Origin: Fimbriosthenelais zetlandica
Lineage: Eukaryota
Assembly (NCBI GenBank): GCA_977030845.1
Contig: OZ365114.1
Location: 18,414,001-18,478,000 of the forward strand
DNA: 64,000 nt
Direction: 5' to 3'
A program made the translations under genes and the position numbers. The stretch's first letter is position 1. Each line of letters opens with the position of its first letter. Shown piece after piece: positions 13,705 to 26,099 of the stretch. The notes below the pieces were generated by a model. The model did no database searches. It saw nothing but the letters and a program-made list of their open reading frames with translations, and was not told the DNA's origin.

Positions 13705-14159
13705 ATAATGATATACTGCAGTAATATGATATATGATATATATGAAATATACTGCAGTAAAATATATAATGGAAGTCAGTCTGAAGTGGCAATAATGGTA
13801 GCTAAAGATCAGATGACTCAACAATGGTGCTTATGTTATAACCTTTACCGAAATCCATGGTAACATATATCGATGTGATTAAGTTTAGTGTGAGAAAATT
13901 TGATTACATATTAGTTGGGAGTCTACTTTAAAAACCGGTTTGAGGGCAATGATAACGGGACGTCAGTTGGAACTGTAATGGATGTTTCTTGCCTTGGTAG
14001 AGTTGGTAAATCTATTATTATTCCACCACTGTATATCTAGAATAGGTATAGTAAGTAAAGCATTGGGCAATTTCATTTTTAGTCATATATACCCCATAGA
14101 TACTGCTGTTCAGTTGGTTATGTCATTTTTTAAGAAGTTACAATAAAATAGGCCTACAG

Positions 14160-14450
14160 GTCATTACATTCAGGCTGAAAAAAAACACTGTAAGGCATCA
14201 GCAAGACCAACAGAGTTAGCCAACCTCAAAGCTCTTTATTCAACATCAAGCCAATTGCGAGTACAATCCAATCAACAAGCTGATTGGAAATATTTCTCTC
14301 AGCTAGAGGCTGACGGAGTAGATGGAGGTGGGCGGGGAGACCTTGAGCAGGAGTCGGTTGTAAGCAATATTTAGTGTGGAGAAGGCAGCTGTGTAGGTAG
14401 ACACTGACCCATGGCCTTACTTGACCTGATGGATGAAGCACAACCATCTG
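14160..14450 (-). mobile_element. Eroded L1/Tx1-like LINE reverse transcriptase remnant; part of it is co-amplified in every array unit
   Basis: Minus strand reads WVSVYLHSCLLHTKY..AQGLPAHLHLLRQPLAERNISNQLVDWIVL, then (frameshift) NSVGLADALQCFF. This resembles RQGxPLSPxLFxxxxEPLAxxI and YADD. Confidence 0.45.
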
Positions 14451-14849
14451 TTTGTTGGGCTGAGGATAAGCGACTTACAACAAGCATCTAGCAAGGAGAG
14501 TCTGGAGCAAAGGCCTATAATGCTGTGGAAGCTGAAGAATGGCAAAACAGCCAGCATTGTCCCTGCTTTTTGTCCATAAAATCCCCCACCGATTGGCTCC
14601 GCTGGTAAAGCACCATCAAATAAAGCCTGGATGGAGGCGCGGAGAGGCAGACTGCCGTGTCATAGCAAGGCAAGGAGTGAGCGCTTTATGCCTGCCATAA
14701 AAATAAAACTTTGTTTGATTGAACTCATCAAAGAGATCCATCTAGGAAATCCCAGGTTTGTGGCGTGCTGGTGTAAAAGTGTTGGGCAACCATGGTGTAG
14801 ACAGGAGATTTATGTCGGTGATAGAGTTGGGGGGATTACCATTAAGACA

Positions 14850-15800
14850 GCGAATCACCAGGGATGGGATTATAGAGCATTAATCAAAGATTGACAAGTT
14901 CTCTGTTAATGCAAGACATTGAGAAGACCAAAGCCTGGAGTAGCCCACTAATTTTGAAGCTATCTTAAGATGGGCCTAAGACTGAATAATTTATAGCACT
15001 AATCAATGTTGGGGATGCATCATTGCCATCCTTCTTTCAATCCTTTTGTTCTTAAAAGGGACTCTTAGAATAAAGGGGGAATGATGACATTCACAGGCGA
15101 CTAAGGCTGTTGCCATTCATCGTTATTGCTTTCTTTCATCCCACAGAATATTGAGATTTTAAAGGAACAGTAAAAATAGCTCTGTGGTGAAAAAATTTAT
15201 ATATATGACCACATTCAATTGATTGGTCCAAAGTTTTCTTTATCATCCATCCAGGTGCATAATGCCCCAATACTTCTTTCACTGCTTTGGTAAACTTATT
15301 TTGCTTCCCATTATTGCTCACTAACTGTCATATATCAGACCTGCAAAGCCACAACTTTGGCATAATCATTTCCTTTCAAGCCTTAAGCACAAGGCATAAC
15401 CATGTTTTTATATGTAATTATGTTGCCTAAAGGCACAGGCCTGCGGACATGGGCAATTTGTTAGTGGAATAGGGCGCGGGGCCATATGACAGGAGGGAAG
15501 AAATGAATACAATAGAGGTAGCTTTAGGACGGGCCTGGTTGTCATTGGTGAGACGTGGGAGAAAAGGTTGATCAAGTCCTGCCACACACCGGATGGTCAC
15601 AGAAACGGAGGGCCAGGAAAATGTCAATCGGCCACATAGAGATAAAGCTTAAAAGGACAGGAGGTCTTTTGGTAGCGAGCTGAGGTGAGCAAGGACGGCT
15701 GCACACAGACAGGCGTGTGGCAATAAATGCTTCATCTTCTTTAGAACAAAGTCCAAGCATACATGGCTGTAGGTAGACATGTGATGGTTAATAGTAGGAC
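14850..15800 (-). mobile_element. Eroded Gypsy pol remnant (RT to RNase H, colinear motif order)
   Basis: Successive minus-strand fragments: SVCSRPCSPQL (SxSPWxSP), FLPRL..KATS..LLSYGPAP (YPLPRI..DLxSGY), KNMVMP (MPFGL), KEVLGH..GHIYKFFHHRAIFTVPL (YLGH..YYxKF..A.IxxPL), NDASP (DAS). Confidence 0.5.
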
Positions 15801-16399
15801 CAACACTGAAATGAAAGGTAAGGGAGTGGCCAAAAGAAGGCTCCTGCATGCCATGAATTTATTTTCTTGAGTACTTCTTATGGTACATTCGCCAATCATT
15901 CTAAATGACAAAGATATGCAAGAGAAACGTTGATTAAAAAGCTGAAAGGACACGACCTGTGGCATGCTTATTGCTCTAGCACTATTGATTTATGCAAAGG
16001 CCCAGAGGTCAACCTGAGTACAGAGACCAGTTTCAATGACAAATCACACCAACCTAATCTGTAATACAAACAATTGTAAAGCAATCAGTTGGAACGGTGA
16101 AGTCTATTCTCCTACATGGCCTCAAGACAAAACCATGTTAATACAACATCGCCACCAACTCCAAGCACAGGAAACTACCCAGAAATGCTCAAAAAGAGCC
16201 GTGGAAAACTCAATGATACAACGGAACCAAACGAGTTCCCACTGAGTTAACCCACATTATGCCATTCCAGTTTTACTTAAATTCAACCCATGTGGAAATG
16301 GACCCTGAAATGCCATGCTATATTTAGCACAATCTGCACCAAATGGAACTTTAAACAATAGCAGGTAAGGATGGTGCTTTTTTCTAACTCCACCCATGG

Positions 16400-18140
16400 T
16401 TATTGGTTCGGATGTAAAGCCTGACTAGCTCTCAGACTGACAGGATTTAAGGTGGTCGAGTTACTCTGCATTTTTAAGCCTCTGGCAATGAATAATTCAC
16501 CATGATCTATTTTCTTGGCATGCACGGACAACAGCTGTTGTGAGTCCAAAAGCGGACATTTTCTCAACTAAGAATTTCCCTGCATCGATTGAAAATACCA
16601 GAATTGCGATCCACTTATAAAACTGTGAATGATGCGTAGAAATTCAAACGTGAACAAGCTTTGGGGTCAGGAGATTGCGGCATACCTTTTCAGACTCGAA
16701 TGACAAGTGCGGCCATCCCACTTGATTTAATTCCCTGACAAATGTACTGGGATTTCTCACCGGAGGCCATGACACTTTGCATAATGAAATACCTCTCGTT
16801 CAATCTCCCATATTGTCCTCACCGGGTTGACTCCACTGAAACAGGCTGGTGAATCATGAGAACCATTTATCAGTGGGACCCCCTTCCCAACAAGGCTTCC
16901 TCAATGGGAACTTGAGGTATCCTCCGGAACACAGCAATGAGTGCAAGGTTTCTGTCAGAGATAGAGCCAGCATTTCACCTGCAGGCAAAAGGGACCCAAC
17001 ACTTACAACTCTTTACAGGGAAGTGTACTGCAATATTGATTCCTGGCCAGAGAAGCCCCGAGAGTCCAAGCATCCATGTAAACCTGGGTCAATAGCGCTT
17101 AGTAGTATTGACATTGCGACCTAGTAGGACAAATGAGGTAATTGATCCCAAATTGAAACTCATCTCAGGAAAATTGTAGAATATTCAATTAGGCCTGATG
17201 GGTTTTCCTCGGACAATGATTGATGGCAAGCATATATATGTTTGAAAGGGCTGTATAGTAAGGGCAGGGGGTTTTCGCCTCGAAGGAATAAGGCTAGTCA
17301 CAGCATGTGGTCCAGTCAATGCCATTCCTGCTCAGCATTCAGCGTCCCAGTGGAGGTGACCGTACGTGGTCAAGATCAACGGTCAGTTCGCTAAGAAGGT
17401 CATCCCATCCATCATGGTCAGGTCATAACAGCAATGTCCTTATACACATGTAAGTGAAGCCTCAAATAACAGAACCTTACAGATAGGGGGTGGGCAACGC
17501 ATCTCATACAAAAGTTAAAATCTGAAGGTGAAAGGTTCAAGTAGTTTGTATTGTATATGTTGCCAAGTACCAATTGAATTCCTCGAGACAACTTAAGGTG
17601 GGACATAAGCCCAAAAGACAATAATAAACTAGAGTCAATGTGAGGTGCCCTGCCATTTGAAGGTTCTTAGTCTGAAGGACAAAATTCTGAAAAATAGTGA
17701 CAGGACTTCATAAGCAGAAATTCGGAAGCTAATCACGACGGAGTAGTAAACAAGATACCACAGTAAGTGAAGCATATGCAGTGGTACACTTCTTTTCCGC
17801 CTTTCATCTCACCAATCTGCCAGCACAAAATTTGCCCCTCCTTCTCTGCACATTGGCCACCTACCAAGCAAATGGTTCGACGGACGACTGCAGCTGGCAA
17901 TAAGTTGCAGAGATGGGACTGAGGTATTCAATATGACAGCTCCTGTAACACAATCAGAATCTCGGTCCCTACCCAAAGTATTACAACTGATGCCTCCATA
18001 AAACTACAGACAGACTGCAGGCAAGTTCCCCTACTCACAATCTCTTTGCCACACGTGATATGACAAACCTTTCTGAAGGCGACAAGTGCTTGGTAAAACA
18101 TGGAATTCCCCTCTTCTTTAAAGTATGAGAACTGGAACAT
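16400..18140 (-). mobile_element. Eroded DIRS retroelement remnant (RT and RNase H)
   Basis: Colinear minus-strand traces: FRLRTFKW (FKM), LVLGNIYNTNYLNLSPSDF..LRLHLHVYKDIAV (YQF..LPFGL..SP..F / YLDD), QVYMDAWTLGAS (TDAS..GWG), QPGEDNMGD (HxPGxxNxxAD), QVGWPHLSFES (WGxPxxDLFAS). Confidence 0.5.
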
Positions 18141-18559
18141 CTCCCTTTTTAACAGTGCTACGCAGATTCAAATTAAGCAGCCAAATTGAATTCACCCAGT
18201 CGCCTACGCCAATGAAGATTCAATTTTCAGCGTAGGGACGTGACATACGGTCAAATGCTAGTGTTCCTAAAATGCTTAAATTGGGGATTTACTGTAGCCA
18301 TGCAAAGCTGAGTGCTCAATTTAGTGTGCTAAGTTACCACCTGAGCAGGGAGGGCCAGGGTCAGGGTTCAAGGTCACATAGGGTAACCCAGGAGTGGGGT
18401 CATCTCTCCATTAAAGGCACAACCAATCTTGGAGAGCAATAAGGTTTGTTAAGAAGCCTGCAGCCTCGACTCACAGTCTCACCCTATGTCACATCATTAG
18501 AGGCAGCCTTATAGAGGATACCCCATGTACGGCTCTTAGCACGGAAACCTGAATTATAT

Positions 18560-20050
18560 ACCAGCAAAAAGGGGCGCCTCCAGCCCAAATCGCTGATAAA
18601 AGGATGACCAAAAAGAACCTCACATCACATACAAAGGAAAAGAAGGAAGACACAAAAAACTTAGGCTGAGAGCTTTAGCATTCTGTCAAATACATTTGAA
18701 ATATTCAAGGGAGTAGAGAGTTCTGTGGAAGGAAAAGAGAATCCTTTGCTCGAGTGTGGATTTCCTTCGAATTTAATCATCAGAGTTCAATGCTTAAAGC
18801 AAATCACAATGCTCCTGATAAAGGAGCTCGACGTCTTTAAAATATATAGGATCAGAAAAGGCTTTTAAGGGGAGCATAAGTCAAAGGTCTTATGACAAAG
18901 TCGTGCGAAAACCGAAGCTTAAAACATCTGCTGAGTGGATAACTCAATTCCAAAAAAGGCTCGCTTCTAAGGAGCTACAAAATGCACCTCCTCTAATGGT
19001 GTCCCAACTCTCAACCAATTCAGCAGTGGGAGAGGTAAAAGCAGGGAAAAGGAGTGAAGGGAGGAAAATCGTCCGCCAAGTCACTTCAACAGATTGATCT
19101 ATGGCAAAAGGACATTAGACTTTTCATTTTTAGTCGTGTAATGTAAACTGGTGATCAAAAGGAGATTCCATTTATCACCTAGTATCCTGTAGCCAGCAGC
19201 AAGTGGTGCTGTCACATGATAATGGCAGCCACTTTACCAACTGTGAATTGCTCGGTTCTCACTACACTCCCTACATACAAAAAGTGGCACAAGAAGTGCG
19301 GATGGACGTGTAGGCAAATGGTTTTCTCCATTGTTCCAGCTGGGAAAACGAAGCAATCAATCGTGTGTTTGTCTTGTTGTAATTGATCGTATGTGAGAAA
19401 GAGCGCACATTTCTCAAGGCAAGCAGTGGGCACAGGGACAAACTGTTGCAAACACATCAAGCGATATAGCCATGCCAACACAACAGAGCACATTTTACAA
19501 CTCACGACAGACAAACACGGCAAGCACAATGGCAAATTGTGTCGGTGGCAATTCTGAGGAACAAAGTATGGATCAGGAAAAGATGGGCAGCCAAAAGAAA
19601 TTTTACGGCATGCTGCAGTATCAAATATCTTCCAAAAGTTCTCCAGTTCACCATTTACAATTTGAAAACTTGGCATACTGGCTTGGCAAAGCTTCCTTTG
19701 AGGTATTTCAGCTGGTGAATGCCGTAGTTCAAAAAAGACAGCAATTTAGTGAAGTAATTGGCACCTTTCAGGCCAGTGTTCGCCTGCTCCTCAGTTTATA
19801 GATGAATGATTTTTCAATAAGCCTTGGTTCCGGTGATAAACAGCAATGTTCTCCCTACCTGCTTGATGAATACCAGCAACAAGCCCCCATCATCGACCAT
19901 GTATTATCTGCCTGTCAATGTATGGCAGCGAATCAATTACTGTAAGACTGATGGGGAGCCTGGGAAAAAAACAAGGGTGCAACCAAGCACAACTATCGTC
20001 TATTGTGATTCACTCATGTCATGTATTGTAACAGGGTGCACATATGCCTG
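18560..20050 (+). mobile_element. Possible eroded DDE DNA transposase, family unassigned
   Basis: Frameshifted traces VVLSHDNGSHFTN and QMVFSIVPAGKTKQS resemble the SDxxxxQFxN and FxxxGHGK motifs of several invertebrate transposases. A Cys-rich tail follows (RPCIICLSMYGSE). Confidence 0.25.
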
Positions 20051-20337
20051 GCCGAACATCAATGAGAAAAATAGAGGAGGTGGGATGAAAGGTTTGAGGG
20101 AACCAAAGACAATGATGGCCACCAAACCTAAAAGCGAGGCCAGCAGTTTGATTGAATGAAGGTTAGGTTGCAGGCTATAGAGGCAGGGATGGCAGAATGT
20201 TAAAGGTACCCTAGAAGCTTCCTATTTCAAGGAAGGAAGGAAGCTATGTCCCGACCCTTCCTGGCTGCACCAACCATTTTCTTACATATTTCATACCTTT
20301 TTCTTAAGATATATATATAGTATCCAAGTGAAACAGC

Positions 20338-21020
20338 AATTGGCACTTCATACTATAGGGACCACCTAAATGTAAATGGCACTAAATTTGCCCACCTTAA
20401 CACATGTAATGACGACATTGAGGCACAATGGTTGGTATACAAACACAACCATCTCAAATCTTTGCTCATTGGAAACATATACCGACCACCTGCTGGTAAC
20501 CTAGGTAACATGTTAGATTACCTCACCAACACATTAGAACAAATTGATTGATTGATTGAATGGAGTTTAACGTCACTTTCAAAAAATGTTCAGTTATATC
20601 ATGACGGTGCCTACTTGTGACAGTGAGCCCAATGCTCTTTTATAGTGCTGCCTCACTGAGGTATCATGTCGCAGGCACATGACATGATATCTCACCCAGT
20701 CATATTATACTGACACCGGGTTGACCAGTCCTAGCACTTTCCTCTTTTTGCTGAGTGCCAAAAAAAGGTAAAACTACTAGGGACCCAGACCACTGGTCAT
20801 TGGGAGAGCCATCAGACACAGAGCAAATAATACTGTTAAACAAGCCAGAGCAGAAAGCAGACAATCCGAAAAAATTCTGGAGACAGGTAAACGACATTCT
20901 TGGCATGGGCAAGACCAATCACAAATTCACACTTGAAGATGATTCTGGGGAAGAAATACCACCGGAAAAAACGGCAGAATTCACAAATGACTATTTTGCC
21001 ACAATAGGGCTGAATAGCTG
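20338..21020 (+). mobile_element. CR1/L2-group LINE ORF2 fragment (APE endonuclease and EN-RT linker), interrupted by a SINE
   Basis: Reads IGTSYYRD..DIEAQWLVYKHNHLKSLLIGNIYRPPAGNLGNMLDYLTNTLEQID (IYRPP motif). After the SINE it reads NPKKFWRQVNDILG..TAEFTNDYFATIG. Confidence 0.78.
20544..20780 (-). mobile_element. 5'-truncated SINE with (TCAA)n tail and a Meta-like central domain
   Basis: A (TGAT)n run lies at the left edge. The internal CACCCAGTCATATTATACTGACACCGGGTTGACCAGTCCTAGCACT matches my recollection of a conserved invertebrate SINE core. The tRNA head is absent and no TSD was seen. Confidence 0.6.
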
Positions 21021-24000
21021 AAACCGCTGGATAAATATCCTAAATAAAAAAAAACAGGCTTCTCTCATAGTTAAGGTCACGTTTGTAGATATGTTGCCCT
21101 TAATCAATAACAGGAAGGATACAATTTTGGCCTGCATGATAAATCATACTCCTTGAATAACAAACCAAGGTCTTAGCTAAGATGCAGTTTCTATACCGAG
21201 TATTATTGTGATTATAGCAGGCTTTAGTCACAAGACGATAAAGTGAATCAAATGCTTAACGGTACATGGGAAGCCAATATCTGCAACTTTTATTCCGAGA
21301 GAGATAGAGCTTTGCCATCGAGCCTCGTTAACATTTCACAAGTCAGGCCTCTGCGCCGTTGGTGGTGTACCCTAGCAAGCACTTCTTTTCCCATCCATAC
21401 AAATCAAGACGAGCAAAAATTGCAGCTTTATGGCCAATTATCGTCCAGGTAGGCACTCGGAGGCGGTCGGAGGTCCACCCTCTCTGTCTGCTTGTCATTG
21501 ATCCAGAGGCTTGGGATTACCATGGTAACAGCAAACCCCTCTGTATCAATAGAAATGCCAGGCCATCAGCACGAGGGATGGCTTTACCATTGATACAAGA
21601 CCTTTATGGGAAACAAGAGGGCCCATCGTCTGACGCTCACAAGAAAGCTGACCACACTAAAAGCACCAAGTTTCCCATTTAACTCTTCCACTATGGAGCA
21701 ATATATACAGAGCCGGCAAAGGGAGGCATTATTAGACTGGAAGTGGGGTGTCTCTATCGTGTCTATCCCAAATCAAGACCGCCACGTCTTTACACCCACC
21801 ACTCATTCAATATTGGCCACCAATGGTCAGGGCCAGTTCTATGGCCAAATTTCCAAACAGGACTTTGTGTGAGGTACGACGATCTATTGGGTGTTATTTA
21901 GGCAGGCGTGTATGGGTAGGCTCAGTGCACACAAGTTCCTTTAGATTGGCCTGCATTCAATCACTCTCTGCAAAGTGGGCTTCTCTGCCTTAACCGCCCC
22001 CAGACCTGTCCAGCTATGAGGACACCGCCTTTCACTTGGAGAGGTCCGTTGTGAAAAGCCAACAGAGGTCTGTAGCCTAGCTTTTGCTGAAATGACACCT
22101 CAGATAAACTCAAAGACCTGTAGAGGACAGAAGAGCCAATACTGGAGGGTTGAAAACCCTGTCAGAGTGCCGACTCTCAACCCTGCAGGGTCAACGCCTC
22201 CTGTTGCACGGAAGGCTGGAGAAGGGGATGAATTCTGTCCTTCCACAAAGGTTCGCGCCTTGACTTTTCAGTCATTTCTTCACAGAAAGCTGTGAGGCAA
22301 CGAATACAGAAGTGAAGCCGAAAAATAAACAGATAACGTCCCCAGGGAGTGAGGGTATGAGAAAATATGGGAACAAACAGAGATGCCTGAGGCATGGTAC
22401 CATTTACGTACACTGCTTACAATTCAAAAATAGCGTTGGGAAATCTAGGACTGTATGGTCAAAAGAAATATTGTCCTTGACTCACCTCACCCAGAAGATT
22501 TATAATGTGGATCGATATATACGTACCTGAAAGAAGAAAATAAAAAATATAAGAATATGCAACACTGACATATATGACTAGGATCTACTGATATTACATT
22601 AGACTACAAATTTCTATACATGCTATTGTATTGTCATATGCTTTAAAATCAACCAAAGAACATTGTAAGAAGATTGTAATAAAATATAGCGTGGTTATCA
22701 TTACTACATCAAAGACTATACTTCGTTAAAAGTTTTAGAGTGTGTAAGCCAGCATCGAATACTTCCAATATCATCCTTTCGTCGTTATCTTTTTGGGTCA
22801 TCCGCTCCTCCTGTCCTTTAAGAGTAATATGAAGTACAACGCTTTATGGATCTCATGTTTATTAGATAACATCTTGATGGGCTATTTTTCTTTAATCAAG
22901 GAAGCAATGACATAGGGGCCAAGGGCTTGGTATTTACGTCCTCTTATCAGTGAGAGATAATAGGGCTAGGAGTCATTTTATCCTCATATAAGGCGATAAA
23001 TGGTCATTATGGAAGCACTCCGCATTAAAAGTGCAGAGCATTTACAAAGGCCTAGAGCTAATTTCACTGGGACAACATGCTACATAGATAAGGCCTAAAC
23101 TTGGCTTTCTAGACTCGGGGCACGGGATAGTTGATCTCGATATTATGAGAATTTAAATAATCATTACGTCATAGATTACTAAAGAGATACGAGAAAAATT
23201 TGCAGAGTCAACATAGCCTAGAGGGCGCTGAGGGAGAAGCCCACGCCCCTTTTTTCCCCCATCTTGTCAAAGTCTGTCCCCAGCCTTATCCATGTTGCAG
23301 TCTGCTCATATCAAATAAGCTGACCTTTTACATTGGGCTTTGAAGTTGGGATAAAAAGTGATAAAAGATGGGCCGGGGCCAGTGAGGCCTCCGTGATGAA
23401 ACCTTTGTAGGAAGGATGGAGTTGTGAGACTATCATTAAAACCAGGAAGCTTAAAAACTACTCCGGCGAGCAGATCAGAGATACCTGGCATCCGAGGGAA
23501 TCTTCGTAGCTGGTTTTCAGAAAGACCTCGAAAAAAGACTTCCCACCAACCCATCACAGCAGCCAAGATATGTAGCTATTGCCATGGCCTAAGTGGTCCC
23601 CAGGTAAATTAAGTATCATCCATTTATCAAATTTTCACTGCAGCAACACTTCTTGGCTTTAATCTTGGCTATGGAAATTGGCCGGAAATAAGGGGCTGCA
23701 TATGTAATAGAGGTGCCATCACCTTTCATCCATTAGCAAATGCAGGCTCCTACTAAAAAAGGGGAAAAGATTAAAGGTAAATTTTGATATAGAAGGGAAG
23801 TGAGGTATTTAGTGGTGCATTAAAATAGGGTGGAGTATAAAGTAAGTGGTTGGAGAGGTAATTCATGGCGGATTAATCGATTCACATGCCATTGAATGGT
23901 GTCAGGAGCTGCATGAACGCCAAATCCAGGCGCCTCCAGCTAGATAGCTAATCTTAATATTTAATCCGCTGAAAAACCGTGGAGGATGTCCGTGATCCAC

Positions 24001-24099
24001 CCCCACAGGCATTAAACAGCTTCAGGGCATTAACATATGCAAAGCCGGTTAGGCCTATATTGAATACAGAATACCAATATCTATATTCTTCTATTGTGA

Positions 24100-24780
24100 G
24101 GTGTTGCAATCCTCATCGGACATGAAATTTCAAAAATAGTTTCATGTGCTAAGGCCAAAGTATGCCAATCAGGGTAGAGGTGTTTAAGTGTTAATTAGCC
24201 TGGGATTCATTAATTAAGCTTCATTCATTATCTTCCCGTTGTGGTTCTCAGCCTTCTCATCTCAACTTTGGCCAAAGATTAGGCCTCCTTCAGATAAGTG
24301 GCTTGCATCCTGGATCCAAGTCAAGGAAAGCCAGTCTCTACATTTGACCACTAGCTTAACCACTGCAGCCCAGCTTTGATCTTGAAATAATTCATCCAGC
24401 AAAGGACAAAGCTGGTGCTAGATTCCCAAACTTATCAACCCCTCATTTACTGTTACACTGGCACTTAGACTCAATGCGAGTCAGATTAATTTAATGACCA
24501 AGCTGGCGATGAACAATCAGATTGGTTCAAGGGACTGGAAGTCAGTGCAACATGGGAATGTCTAAACATTTTATTGGAAATTTATTGGCCAGCATGTTGG
24601 CCATTTTATATAGCAGAATGCTGGTAGCAGAAGTACCAACTATATTTACAAACTGACCTCGAGTATAAGTGAACATACTTTTATACGTTGGTACTGCATG
24701 GTTTGCCAACAGATGCAAAAGGTTTTCTCTTCTGGACGAGGGCCAACTGATGGTCACCAGATGGGGGATATGTGAAAAGC
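24100..24780 (-). mobile_element. Eroded L1/Tx1-like LINE RT remnant
   Basis: SILLYKMANMLANKFPIKCLDIP resembles DxKIxAKxLANRxxxxL; LAFLDLD follows further on. Confidence 0.3.
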
Positions 24781-26099
24781 TGTTGATTGTATAGGCTGGT
24801 CCTTATACAAATAAACACCATGGACATTCATTAAGGTAGAATTAAAGGCATGATCAAAGGGAAAATTGGTGAACAAACCAATAGATATGGAAATGTTATA
24901 GGAGGATCCCTGCTGAGCATGAATATGAAGAACACCCAGAACCCCAGGGTATACTTTGTCTGTATGTCTCCTTCATTGTCTCTGAGCAATGCAGCAAAAT
25001 ACAATCAACGTCAACTGTGTTGTCCACTCCTGTCCGAGAGCTTTGATCGACCGTGTAGCATTGTCACAGTGAGAACAGTGAGCTATTATTTACAGCCCTA
25101 TCGGCCATCAATATAGGCCGTGTTTACAGTGATTTGATGGGCCACTGCAGCCAGAAGCTCCAGTTATTTCTGTTATTTACATTCAGGGTCCTCTCCCCCC
25201 AGGCCACCTGGTCTGTCCTGGTCAAGGGTCAGGGAGACCACCTGCCCTGTCGGGTGGGAGGTGAGCGTTCTACCAGCAGGCCCGAGCCAGCCCGAGCAAA
25301 TACCAGCTCTGATAGAATGATCAAACCATACATCACAGCATATACCTCCCACTGGCCATCCTTCACGTGCCCTTTACACGTCTTCATGCAGCAGCATGTT
25401 CTACTCAACAGTTGTCTCTTAGGATTTTTTTTCCAGAAAGATGTAGGGTTTTCTGTTGCAGGTATGACCCTTCTAAATGCTTATAATAGAGACAAAAGTT
25501 AAGACGAATTTTCAACGCGATTATTACAGTTACATGTGCAACGGTTACCTAGCACTTAAAAATATGTGCTCAAATGGGGTAACAGTAGCTAGCAGTGTAT
25601 CTGAAATCTGAGAATCGCATGTTCTCCAACTATAGGAAATGTATAAAGCGATATTGCTTTCTGCTTGCTGAGCAATGTCTAGCCATCACTTTCAACCAAT
25701 TTTCTTGTCTGGAAAGTGCATGCAATTGTATGTTGCGTCTTATTTTTCCATTTGTAATGTCATATTGTGTGGAGGCAGCATTACTGTGTCTATAGATCCT
25801 GGGAAAGAAGACATTGGCCAGATACAGATCATCAATCTGCTTCTATAAACCCAGTGACTTTTATTTGAGAATTCACAGAGGATCATTTCTCAAATATATA
25901 CTTGCCAGGCGCAGCTAGTTATGCATGATCAAAAACAGATGACAAGTGAAAGGTCCACTCTAAATCCCTATTTTTATTCCCAGGCAGAATTCTGCCACTG
26001 ATCGATAACTAATCTCCTATCGATAATTCCCGCTAAATGGGGTCTCTAGCCGTATCATTCTATGGGCACTTGATGTTGGTTGTATTATTTCAAATCAAA

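Larger units (their letters stand above)
10164..14367 (+). repeat. Young tandem array, period about 861-952 bp (4 complete units plus 1 leading partial unit), very high inter-copy identity
   Basis: Near-identical blocks recur. The exon start GTCCTCAGTCC is at 10875, 11742, 12603 and 13555 (periods 867, 861, 952). The ORF track repeats the same ORFs at each unit. Confidence 0.98.
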
